A program made the translations under genes and the position numbers. DNA of 64,000 nt from Eledone cirrhosa (lineage: Eukaryota): the NCBI GenBank assembly GCA_964016885.1, contig OZ024741.1, positions 258,230,001 to 258,294,000 on the forward strand, given 5' to 3'. The notes below the pieces were generated by a model that did not search any database, had not been told where the DNA came from, and saw only the letters and a program-made list of their open reading frames with translations. The first letter of the stretch is position 1. Every line of letters begins with the position of its first letter. Shown here piece by piece: positions 1-12,400 of this stretch.

Positions 1-1252
1 TTTCGGCTTATGAGTGTTTCGACTTACGAGTGTTTCGGCTTATGAGTGTTTCGACTTACGAGTGTTTCGGCTTACGAGTGTTTCGACTTACGAGTGTTTC
101 GACTTACGAGTGTTTCGACTTACGGGTGTTTCGACTTACGAGTGTTTCGACTACGAGTGTTTCGACTTACGAGTGTTTCGACTTACGAGTGTTTCGACAT
201 ACGGGTGTTTCGACTTACGGTGTTTCGGCTTACGAATGTTCCGACTTACGAGTGTTTCGACTTACGAGTGTTTCGATTTACGAGTGTTTCGGCTTACGAG
301 TGTTTGGACTTACGAGTGTTTCGACTTACGAGTGTTCTGATTTACGGATGTTTCGACATACGAGTGTTTCGACTTACGAGTGTTTCGACTTACGAGTGTT
401 TTGACTTACGGGTGTTTTGACATACGAGTGTTTCGATACGAGTGTTTCGACTTACGAGTGTTCTGACTTACGATTGTTCTGACTTACGAGCGTTCTGACT
501 TACGAGTGTTTCGGCTTACAAGTGATTCGACTTACGAATGTTTTGACTTACGGGTGTTTCGGCTTGCGAGTGTTTCGTCTTACGAGTGTTTTGGCTTGCG
601 AGTGTTTCGACTTACTAATAATTTTACTTACGAGTGTTTCGGCGTACGAGTGTTTCGACTTACGAGTGTTTCGACTTACGGGTGTTTTGACTTACGGGTG
701 TTTCGGCTTACGAGTGTTTCGACTTACGAGTGTTTTGACTAAAGGGTGTTTCGACTTACGAGTGTTTCGACTTACGAGTGTTTCGACTTACGATTGTTTC
801 GTATTACGAGTGTTTTGACTTGAGGGTTTTCGACTTACGAGTGTTTCGATACGAGTGTTTCGACTTACGAGTGTTCTGACTTACGAGTGTTCTGACTTAC
901 AAGTGTTCTTACTTACGAGTGTTCCGACTTACGAGTGTTCCGACTTACGAGTGTTTCGGCTTACGAGTGTTTCGGCTTACGAGTGTTTCGACTTACGAGT
1001 GTTCCGACTTACGGGTGTTTCGACTTACGAGTGTTTTGGCTTACGGTGTTTCGGCTTACGAGTGTTTCGAGTTACGAGAGTTTTGACTTACGCGTGTTTT
1101 GACATACGAGTGTTTCGATACGAGTGTTCTGACTTACGACTGTTCTGACTTACGAGTGTTCTGAGTTACGAGTGTTCTGACTTACGAGTGTTCCGACTTT
1201 ACGAGTGTTTCGGCTCACGAGTGTTTAGGCTTACGAGTGTTTCGACTTACGA

Positions 1253-1321
1253 AAATAACAAATAGACGCGGTTTCAAATCTCTATGCTTTTCAAATTCAT
1301 TACATTAATCTTTATTCATAC
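1253..1321 (+). repeat. AT-rich 69-bp linker element, first of 55 interspersed copies
   Basis: Follows ...TTACGA and is followed by GTTTCGCTTTACGA. Approximate starts: 1253, 2465, 3092, 4339, 6058, 6475, 9347, 10002, 10990, 11788, 14866, 15443, 16256, 20556, 21323, 22206, 23972, 24389, 27133, 27772, 28220, 29049, 29896, 30822, 31525, 32596, 33363, 34355, 37538, 38177, 38625, 39406, 40173, 40940, 41707, 42699, 45883, 46522, 46970, 47799, 48566, 49333, 50228, 51093, 51956, 52615, 55664, 56431, 57182, 58665, 59416, 60343, 61208, 62071, 62822. Confidence 0.97.
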
Positions 1322-2224
1322 GTTTCGCTTTACGAGTGTTTCGACTTACGAGTGTTTCGACATACGAGTGTTTCGGCTTACGAGTGTTTTGATTTACGAG
1401 TGTTTTGACTTACGGGTGCTTCGACTTACGCGTGTTTCGACTTACGAGTGTTTCGACTTACGAGTGTTTCGACTTACGAGTGTTTCGGCTTACGAGTGTT
1501 TTGACTTACGAGTGTTTCGGCTGGCGAGTGTTTCGACTTACGAGTGTTTTGACTTAAGGGTGTTTCGACTTACGAGTGTTTCGACTTACGAGTGTTTCGA
1601 CTTACGAGTGTTTCGGCTTACGAGTGTTTTGACTTAAGGGTGTTTCGACTTACGAGTGTTTCGATACGAGTGTTTCGACTTACGAGTGTTCTGACTTACG
1701 AGTGTTCCGACTTACGAGTGTCTCGGCTTACGAGTGTTTCGGCTTACGAGTGTTTCGACTTACGAGTGTTTCGACTTACGAGTGTTCCGACTTACGTGTG
1801 TTTCGACTTACGTGTGTTTTGGCTTACGGTGTTTCGACTTACGAGTGTTTCGGCTTACGAGTGTTTTGACTTAAGGGTGTTTCGACTTACGAGTGTTTCG
1901 ATACGTGTGTTTCGACTTACGAGTGTTTCGGCTTACGAGTGTTTCGACTTACGAGTGTTTCGACTTACGAGTGTTCTGATTTACGGATGTTTCGACATAC
2001 GAGTGTTTTGACTTACGAGTGTTTCGACTTACGAGTGTTTTGACTTACGTGTGTTTTGACATACGAGTGTTTCGATACGAGTGTTTCGACTTACGAGTGT
2101 TCTGACTTACGATTGTTCTGACTTACGAGCGTTCTGACTTACGAGTGTTTCGGCTTACGAGTGTTTCGGCTTACGAGTGTTTCGACTTACGTGTGTTTCG
2201 ACTTACGAGTGTTCCGACTTACGG

Positions 2225-3478
2225 GTGTTTCGACTTACGAGTGTTTTGGCTTACGGTGTTTCGACTTACGAGTGTTTCGAGTTAAGAGTGTTTTGAGTTA
2301 CGCGTGTTTTGACATACGAGTGTTCTGACTTACGAGTGTTCTGACTTACGAGTGTTCTGACTTACGAGTGTTCTGACTTACGAGTGTTCCGACTTTACGA
2401 GTGTTTCGGCTCACGAGTGTTTCGGCTCACGAGTCTTTCGGCTTACGAGTGTTTCGACTTACGAAAATAACAAATAGACGCGGTATCAAATCTCTATGCT
2501 TTTCAAATTCGTTACATTAATCTTTATTTATACGTTTCGCTTTACGAGTGTTTCGACTTACGAGTGTTTCGACATACGAGTGTTTCGGCTTACGAGTGTT
2601 TTAATTTACGAGTGTTTTGAATTACGGGTGCTTCGACTTACGCGTGTTTCGACTTACGAGTGTTTCGACTTACGAGTGTTTCGACTTACGAGTGATTCGA
2701 CTTACGAATGTTTTGACTTACGGGTGTTTCGGCTTGCGAGTGTTTCGACTTACGAGTGTTTCGGCTTATGAGTGTTTCGACTTACTAATGTTTTTACTTA
2801 CGAGTGTTTCGGCGTACGAGTCTTTTGACTTACGAGTGTTTCGACTTACGAGTGTTTCGACTTACGAGTGTTTTGGCTTACGGTGTTTCGACTTACGAGT
2901 GTTTCGAGTTAAGAGTGTTTTGAGTTACGCGTGTTTTGACATACGAGTGTTCTGACTTACGAGTGTTCTGACTTACGAGTGTTCTGACTTACGAGTGTTC
3001 TGACTTACGAGTGTTCCGACTTTACGAGTGTTTCGGCTCACGAGTGTTTCGGCTCACGAGTCTTTCGGCTTACGAGTGTTTCGACTTACGAAAATAACAA
3101 ATAGACGCGGTATCAAATCTCTATGCTTTTCAAATTCGTTACATTAATCTTTATTTATACGTTTCGCTTTACGAGTGTTTCGACTTACGAGTGTTTCGAC
3201 ATACGAGTGTTTCGGCTTACGAGTGTTTTAATTTACGAGTGTTTTGAATTACGGGTGCTTCGACTTACGCGTGTTTCGACTTACGAGTGTTTCGACTTAC
3301 GAGTGTTTCGACTTACGAGTGATTCGACTTACGAATGTTTTGACTTACGGGTGTTTCGGCTTGCGAGTGTTTCGACTTACGAGTGTTTCGGCTTATGAGT
3401 GTTTCGACTTACTAATGTTTTTACTTACGAGTGTTTCGGCGTACGAGTCTTTTGACTTACGAGTGTTTCGACTTACGA
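2225..3478 (+). repeat. Tandem duplication, 627-bp unit
   Basis: Linkers at 2465 and 3092 share the private allele CGGTATC and a doubled CTCACG leader. Identical ORF translations at 2496 and 3123 (offset 627). Confidence 0.92.
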
Positions 3479-3489
3479 GTGTTTTGACT

Positions 3490-4060
3490 TAGGAGTGTTT
3501 CGGCTGGCGAGTGTTTCGACTTACGAGTGTTTTGACTTAAGGGTGTTTCGACTTACGAGTGTTTCGACTTACGAGTGTTTCGACTTACGAGTGTTTCGGC
3601 TTACGAGTGTTTTGACTTAAGGGTGTTTCGACTTACGAGTGTTTCGATACGAGTGTTTCGACTTACGAGTGTTCTGACTTACGTTTGTTCTGACTTACGA
3701 GCGTTCTGACTTACGAGTGTTCTGACTTACGAGCGTTCTGACTTACGAGTGTTTCGGCTTACGAGTGTTTCGACTTAGGAGTGTTTCGGCTGGCGAGTGT
3801 TTCGACTTACGAGTGTTTTGACTTAAGGGTGTTTCGACTTACGAGTGTTTCGACTTACGAGTGTTTCGACTTACGAGTGTTTCGGCTTACGAGTGTTTTG
3901 ACTTAAGGGTGTTTCGACTTACGAGTGTTTCGATACGAGTGTTTCGACTTACGAGTGTTCTGACTTACGTTTGTTCTGACTTACGAGCGTTCTGACTTAC
4001 GAGTGTTCTGACTTACGAGCGTTCTGACTTACGAGTGTTTCGGCTTACGAGTGTTTCGGC
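3490..4060 (+). repeat. Tandem duplication, 286-bp unit without linker
   Basis: TTAGGAGTGTTTCGGCTGGCG at about 3489 and 3775; private variant TTACGTTTGTT at about 3679 and 3965. Confidence 0.85.
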
Positions 4061-6499
4061 TTACGAGTGTTTCGACTTACGAGTGTTTCGACTTACGAGT
4101 GTTCCGACTTACGGGTGTTTCGACTTACGAGTGTTTTGGCTTATAGTGTTTCGGCTTACGAGTGTTTCGAGTTAAGAGTGTTTTGACTTACGCGTGTTTT
4201 GACATACGAGTGTTCTGACTTACGAGTGTTCTGACTTACGAGTGTTCTGACTTACGAGTGTTCTGACTTACGAGTGTTCCGACTTTACGAGTGTTTCGGC
4301 TCACGAGTGTTTCGGCTTACGAGTGTTTCAACTTACGAAAATAACAAATAGACGCGGTTTCAAATCTCTATGCTTTTGAAATTCATTACATTAATCTTTA
4401 TTTATACGTTTCGCTTTACGAGTGTTTCGACTTACGAGTGTTTCGACATACGAGTGTTTCGACTTACGAATGTTTTTGCTTACGGGTGTTTCGACTTACG
4501 AATGTTTTTGCTTACGAGTGTTTCGGTTTACGAGTGTTCCGACTTACGAGTGTTTCGGCTTACGAGTGTTTCCGGCTTACGAGTGTTTCGACTTACGAGT
4601 GTTTCGACTTACGAGTGTTTTGACTTACGGGTGTTTTGACTTACGGGTGTTGTGAATTACGAGTGTTCCGATTTACGAGTGTTTTGACTTACGGTATTTC
4701 GGCTTACAAGTGATTCGACTTACGAATGTTTTGACTTACGGGTGTTTCGGCTTGCGAGTGTTTCGACTTACGAGTGTTTCGGCTTATGAGTGTTTCGACT
4801 TACTAATGTTTTTACTTACGAGTGTTTCAGCGTACGAGTGTTTTGACTTACGAGTGTTTCGACTTACGAATGTTTTGACTTACGAATGTTTTGACATACG
4901 GGTGTTTCGGCTTACGATTGTTTCGACTTACGAGTGTTTTGACTTAAGGGTGTTTCGATTTACGAGTGTTTTGACTTACGAGTGTTTCGACTTACGAGTG
5001 TTTCGGATTACGAGTGTTTTGACTTGAGGGTTTTCGACTTACGAGTGTTTCGATACGAGTGTTTCGACTTACGAGTGTTCTGACTTACGAGTGTTCTGAT
5101 TTACGGATGTTTCGACACACGAGTGTTTCGAATTACGAGTGTTTCGACTTACGAGTGTTTTGACTTACGGGTGTTTTGACATACGAGTGTTTCGATACGA
5201 GTGTTTCGACTTACGAGTGTTCTGACTTACGAGTGTTCTGACTTACGAGTGTTCTGACTTACGAGTGTTCTTACTTACGAGTGTTCCGACTTACGAGTGT
5301 TTCGGCTTACGAGTGTTTCGACTTACGACTGTTCCGACTTACAGGTGTTTCGACTTACGAGTGTTTTGGCTTACGGTGTTTCGGCTTACGAGTGTTTCGA
5401 GTTACGAGTGTTTTGACTTACGCGTGTTTTGACATACGAGTGTTTCGATACGAGTGTTCTGACTTACGAGTGTTCTGACTTACGAGTGTTCTGACTTACG
5501 AGTGTTCTGACTTACGAGTGTTTCGACTTACGAGTGTTCTGACTTACGAGTGTTCTGACTTACGAATGTTCCGACTTACGAGTGTTTCGACTTACGAGTG
5601 TTTAGACTTACGAGTGTTTCGACTTACGAGTGTTTCGGCTTACGAGTGTTTTGACTTACGAGTGTTTCGACTACGAGTGTTCTGACTTACGAGTGTTTCG
5701 GCTTATGAGTGTTTCGACTTACGAGTGTTTCGGCTTATGAGTGTTTCGACTTACGAGTGTTTCGACTTACGAGTGTTTCGACTTACGAGTGTTTCGACTT
5801 ACGGGTGTTTCGACTTACGATTGTTTCGACTAAGAGTGTTTCGACTTACGAGTGTTTCGGCTTACGAGTGTTACGACATACGGGTGTTTCGACTTACGGT
5901 GTTTCAGCTTACGAGTGTTTCGATGCGAGTGTTCTGACTTACGAGTGTTCTGACTTACGAGTGTTCTGACTTACGAGTGTTCTGAATTACGAGTGTTCCG
6001 ACTTTACGAGTGTTTCGGCTCACGAGTGTTTCGGCTTACGAGTGTTTCGACTTACGAAAATAACAAATAGACGCGGTTTCAAATCTCTATGCTTTTCAAA
6101 TTCATTACATTAATCTTTATTTATACGTTTCGCTTTACGAGTGTTTCGACTTACGAGTGTTTCGACATACGAGTGTTTCGGCTTACGAGTGTTTTGACTT
6201 ACGGGTGTTTCGACTTACGAGTGTTTTGGCTTACGGTGTTTCGGCTTACGAGTGTTTCGAATTACGAGTGTTTCGACTTACGAGTGTTTTGACTTACGGG
6301 TGTTTTGACATACGAGTGTTTCGATACGAGTGTTTCGACTTACGAGTGTTCTGACTTACGAGTGTTCTGACTTACGTGTGTTCTGACTTACGAGTGTTCT
6401 GATTTACGAGTGTTCCGACTTTACGAGTGTTTCGGCTCACGAGTGTTTCGGCTTACGAGTGTTTCGACTTACAAAAATAACAAATAGACGCGGTTTCAA

Positions 6500-9400
6500 A
6501 TCTCTATGCTTTTCAAATTCATTACATTAATCTTTATTTATACGTTTCGCTTTACGAGTGTTTCGACTTACGAGTGTTTCGACATACGAGTGTTTCGGCT
6601 TACGAGTGTTTTGATTTACGAGTGTTTTGACTTACGGGTGCTTCGACTTACGCGTGTTTCGACTTACGAGTGTTTCGACTTACGAGTGTTTCGACTTACG
6701 AGTGTTTCGGCTTACGAGTGTTTTGACTTACGAATGTTTTGACTTACGATTGTTTCGGCTTACGAGTGTTTCGACTTACGAGTGTTCTGACTACGAGTGT
6801 TCTGACTTACGGGTGTTCTGACTTACGAGTGTTCCGACTTACGAGTGTTTCGGCTTATGAGCGTTTCGACTTACGAGTGCTTCGACTTACGAGTGTTTCG
6901 GCTTACGGGTGTTTCGACTTACGAATGTTTTTGCTTACGAGTGTTTCGGCTTACGAGTGTTTCGGCTTATGAGTGTTTCGACTTACGAGTGTTTTGACTT
7001 ACGGGTGATTTGACATACGAGTGTTTCGATACGAGTGTTCTGACTTACGAGTGTTTCCGCTTACGAGTGTTTCGGCTTACGAGTGTTTCGACTTACTAAT
7101 GTTTTTACTTACGAGTGTTTCGCTGTACGAGTTTTTCGACTTAAGGATGTTTCGACTTACGAGTGTTTCGACTTACGAGTGTTTCGACTTACGAGTGTTT
7201 TGGCTTACGAATGTTTTGACTTACGGGTGTTTCGACTTACGGGTGTTTCGGTTTAAGAGTATTTCGACTTACGAGTGTTTTGACTTACGAGTGTTCTGAT
7301 TTACGAGTGTTCTGACTGATGAGTGTTCCGACTTACGAGTGTTCCGACTTACGAGTGTTTCGGCTTACGAGTGTTTCGGCTTAAGAGTGTTTCGGCTTAC
7401 GAGTGTTTTGACTTACGAGTGTTCTGACTACGAGTGTTCTGACTTACGGGTGTTCTGACTTACGAGTGTTCCGACTTACGAGTGTTTCGGCTTATGAGTG
7501 TTTCGACTTACGGGCGTTTCGACTTACGGGTGTTTCGACTTACGAGTGTTTTGACTTACGAGTGTTCTGATTTACGAGTGTTCTGACTTACGAGTGTTCC
7601 GACTTACGACTGTTTCGACTTACTAGTGTTTTGACTTACGAGTGTTCCGACTTACGAGTGTTTCGGCTTACGGGTGTTTCGACGTACGAGTATTTTTGGC
7701 TTACGAGTGTTTCGACTTACGAGTGTTTTGAATTACGATTGTTTCGGCTTACGAGTGTTTCGACTTACGAGTATTTCGACTTACGAGTGTTTTGACTTAT
7801 GGGTGTTTTGACATACGAGTGTTTCGATACGAATGCTCTGACTTACGAGTGTTCTGACTTACGAGTGTTCTGACTTACGAGTGTTCTGACTTACGGGTGT
7901 TCTGACTTACGTGTGTTCCGACTTACGAGTGTTTCGGCTATGGGTGTTTCGACTTACGAGTGTTTCGACTTACGAATGTTTTGGCTTACGAGTGTTTCGG
8001 CTTACGAATGTTTCGACTTACGAATGTTTTGGCTTACGAGTGTTTCGGCTTACGGGTGTTTCGACTTACGAGTGTTTCGACTTACGAGTGTTTTGACTTA
8101 CGGTGTTTCGGCTTACGAGTTATTCGACATACGAGTGTTTCGATTTACGGGTGTTTCGACTTACGGGTGTTTCGACTTACGAGCGTTTCGACTTATGAGT
8201 GTTTCGACTTACGAGTGTTCTGACTTACGAGTGTTCTGACTTACGAGTGTTCCGACTTACGAGTGTTTAGGTTTACGAGTGTTTCGACACACGAGTGTTT
8301 TGACTTACGGGTGTTTCGACTTACGGGTGTTTCGACTTACGAGTGTTTCGGCTTACGAGTGTTTCGACTTACTAATGTTTTTGCTTACGAGTGTTTCGGT
8401 GTACGAGTGTTTCGACAGAAGGATGTTTCGATTTACGAGTGTTTCGACTTACGAGTGTTTCGGCTTACGTGAGTTTCGACTTAAGAGTGTTCTGATTTAC
8501 GAGTGTTCTGACTTGCAGGTGTTCCGACTTACGAGTGTTTCGGCTTATGAGTGTTTCGACTTACGAGTGTTTCGGCTTACGAGTGTTTCGCCTTATGGGT
8601 GTTTCGACCTACGAGTGTTTTTACTTACGGTGTTTCGGCTACGAGTGTTTCGACATACGAGTGTTTTGACTTACGGGTGTTTCGACTTACGAGTGTTTTG
8701 ACTTACGAATGTTTTGACTTACGGGTGTTTCGGCTTACGAGTGTTTCGACTTACGAGTGTTTCGGCTTACGAGTGTTTCGACTTAATAATGTTTTTACTT
8801 ACGAGTGTTTCGGCGTACGAGTGTTTCGACTTACGAGTGTTTCGACTTACGGGTGTTTTGACTTACGGGTGTTTCGGCTTACGAGTGTTTTGACTTAAGG
8901 GTGTTTCGACTTACGAGTATTTTTGGCTTACGAGTGTTTCGACTTACGAGTGTTTTGACTTACGAGTGTTCTGATTTACGGATGTTTCGACATACGAGTG
9001 TTCAGATTTACGAGTGTTCCGACTTACGAGTGTTTCGGCTTACGAGTGTTTCGGCTTACGAGTGTTTCGACTTACGAGTGTTTCGACTTACGAGTGTTTC
9101 GACTTACGAGTGTTTCGACTTACGGTGTTTCGGCTTACGAGTGTTTCGACTTACGAGTGTTTTGACTTACTGGTGTTTTGACATACGAGTGTTTCGATAC
9201 GACTGTTTCGACTTACGAGTGTTCTGACTTACGAGTGTTCTGACTTACGAGTGTTCTGACTTACGAGTGTTCTGACTTACGAGTGTTCCGACTTACGAGT
9301 GTTTCGGCTCACGAGTGTTTCGGCTTACGAGTGTTTCGACTTACGAAAATAACAAATAGACGCGGTTTCAAATCTCTATGCTTTTCAAATTCATTACATT

Positions 9401-12400
9401 AATCTTTATTTATACGTTTCGCTTTACGAGTGTTTCGACTTACGAGTGTTTCGACTTACGAGTGTTTCGGCTTACGAGTGTTTTGACTTACGAGTGTTTT
9501 GACTTACATGTGTTTCGACTTACGCGTGTTTCGACTTACGAGTGTTTCGACTTACGAGTGTTTCGACTACGGGTGTTTCGACTTACGAATGTTTTGACTT
9601 ACGGATGTTTTGACTTACGGGTGTTTCGGCTTACGAGTGTTTCGACTTACGAGTGTTTCGACTTACGAGTGTTTTGACTTACGAGTGTTTTGACTTACGG
9701 TGTTTCGGCTTACGAGTGTTTCGACTTACGAGTGTTTTGACTTACGGGTGTTTTGACATACGAGTGTTTCGATACGAGTGTTCTGACTTACGAGTGTTCT
9801 GACTTACGAGTGTTCTGACTTACGAGTGTTCTGACTTACGAGTGTTCTGACATACGTGTGTTCTGACTTACGAGTGTTCCGATTTACGAGTGTTTCGGCA
9901 TATGAGTGTTTCGACTTACGAATGTTTTTGCTTACGGGTGTTTCGACTTACGAATGTTTTTGCTTACGAGTGTTTCGGCTTACGAGTGTTTCGACTTACG
10001 AAAATAACAAATAGACGCGGTTTCAAATCTCTGCTTTTCAAATTCATTACATTAATCTTTATTTACACGTTTCGCTTTACGAGTGTTTCGACTTACGCGT
10101 GTTTCGACTTACGAGTGTTTCGACTTACGAGTGTTTCGACTTACGAGTGTTTCGATTTACGAGTGTTTCGACTTACGAGTGTTCTGAATAACGAGTGTTC
10201 TGATTACGAGTGTTTCGACTTACGAGTGTTCTGACTTAGGAGTGTTCTGACTTACGAGTGTTCCGACTTACGAGTGTTTCGACTTACGAGTGTTTCGACT
10301 TACGAGTGTTTCGACTTACGAGTGTTTCGGCTTACGAGTGTTTTGACTTACGAGTGTTCTGACTACGAGTGTTCTGACTTACGAGTGTTTCGGCTTATGA
10401 GTGTTTCGACTTACGAGTGTTTCGGCTTATGAGTGTTTCGACTTACGAGTGTTTCGGCTTACGAGTGTTTCGACTTACGAGTGTTTCGACTTACGAGTGT
10501 TTCGGCTTACGAGTGTTTCGACATACGGGTGTTTCGACTTACGGTGTTTCGGCTTACGAGTGTTTCGACTTACGAGTGTTCTGACTTACGAGTGTTCTGA
10601 CTTATGAGTGTTCTGACTTACGAGTGTTCTGACTTACGAGTGTTCCGACTTACGAGTGTTTCGGCTTACGAGTGTTTCGGCTTACGAGTGTTTCGACTTA
10701 CGAGTGTTCTGACTTACGAGTGTTCTGACTTATGAGTGTTCTGACTTACGAGTGTTCTGACTTACGAGTGTTTCGACTTACGAGTGTTTCGACTTACGAG
10801 TGTTTTGACTTACTGGTGTTTTGACATACGAGTGTTTCGATACGAGTGTTTCGACTTACGAGTGTTCTGACTTACGACTGTTCTAACTTACGAGTGTTCT
10901 GACTTACGGGTGTTCTGACTTACGAGTGTTCCGACTTACGAGTGTTTCGGCTCACGAGTGTTTCGGCTTACGAGTGTTTCGACTTACGAAAATAACAAAT
11001 AGACGCGGTTTCAAATCTCTATGCTTTTCAAATTCATTACATTAATCTTTATTTATAGGTTTCGCTTTACGAGTGTTTCGACTTACGAGTGTTTCGACTT
11101 ACGAGTGTTTCGGCTTACGAGTGTTTCGACTTACGAGTGTTTCGACTTACGAGTGTTTTGACTTACTGGTGTTTTGACATACGAGTGTTTCGATACGAGT
11201 GTTTCGACTTACGAGTGTTCTGACTTACGAGTGTTCTGACTTACGAGTGTTTCGACTTACGAGTGTTCTGACTTAGGAGTGTTCTGACTTACGAATGTTC
11301 CGACTTACGAGTGTTTCGACTTACGAGTGTTTTGACTTACGAGTGTTTCGACTTACGAGTGTTTCGGCTTACGAGTGTTTTGACTTACGAGTGTTCTGAC
11401 TTACGAGTGTTTCGGCTTATGAGTGTTTCGACTTACGAGTGTTTCGGCTTATGAGTGTTTCGACTTACGAGTGTTTCGGCTTACGAGTGTTTCGACTTAC
11501 GAGTGTTTCGACTTACGAGTGTTTCGACTTACGGGTGTTTCGACTTACGAGTGTTTCGACTACGAGTGTTTCGACTTACGAGTGTTTCGACTTACGAGTG
11601 TTTCGACATACGGGTGTTTCGACTTACGGTGTTTCGGCTTACGAGTGTTTCGATACGAGTGTTCTGACTTACGAGTGTTCTGACTTACTAGTGTTCTGAC
11701 TTACGAGTGTTCTGACTTACGAGTGTTCCGACTTTACGAGTATTTCGGCTCACGAGTGTTTCGGCTTACGAGTGTTTCGACTTACGAAAATAACAAATAG
11801 ACGCGGTTTCAAATCTCTATGCTTTTCAAATTCATTACATTAATCTTTATTTATACGTTTCGCTTTACGAGTGCTTCGACTTACGAGTTTTTCGACATAC
11901 GAGTGTTTCGGCTTACGAGTGTTTTGATTGACGAGTGTTTTGACTTACGGGTGCTTCGACTTACGCGTGTTTCGACTTACGAGTGTTTCGACTTACGAGT
12001 GTTTCGACTTACGAGTGATTCAACTTACGAATGTTTTGACTTACGGGTGTTTCGGCTTGCGAGTCTTTCGACTTACGAGTGTTTCGGCTTATGAGTGTTT
12101 CGACTTACTAATGTTTTTACTTACGAGTGTTTCGGCGTACGAGTGTTTTGACTTACGAGTGTTTCGACTTACGAGTGTTTTGACTTACGATTGTTTCGGC
12201 TTACGAGTGTTTCGACTTACGAGTGTTCTGACTACGAGTGTTCCGACTTACGAGTGTTTCGGCTTATGAGTGTTTCGACTTACGAGTGCTTCGACTTACG
12301 AGTGTTTCGGCTTACGGGTGTTTCGACTTACGAATGTTTTTGCTTACGAGTGTTTAGGCTTACGAGTGTTTCGGCTTATGAGTGTTTCGAATTACGAGTG

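Noticed and set aside
112-128. Canonical CENP-B box
   Set aside because: The box requires TTCG-N4-A-N2-CGGG (7 bp between half-sites); here TTCG-ACTTA-CGGG has 5 bp. It is kept only as a family-level analogy in the findings.
1250-1327. Linker as a MITE independently inserted 55 times
   Set aside because: Only a 6-bp AT-rich inverted match (AAATAA/TTATTT in most copies), no target-site duplication, and identical phase, orientation and flanking variants point to one origin followed by array amplification.
1284-1637. MLFKFITLIFIYTFRF N-terminus resembling a signal peptide
   Set aside because: It is the translation of the T-rich linker. The ATG is lost in the eight 2-bp-deleted copies and downstream frame lengths are arbitrary. 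Ribo-seq or proteomics would be needed to revive it.
3489-3545. Telomerase-type repeats (TTAGG, TTAAGGG, TTACGGG)
   Set aside because: These are isolated single-base variants of TTACGAG, never in tandem. Inherited variant patterns and kilobase duplications indicate recombinational rather than templated synthesis.
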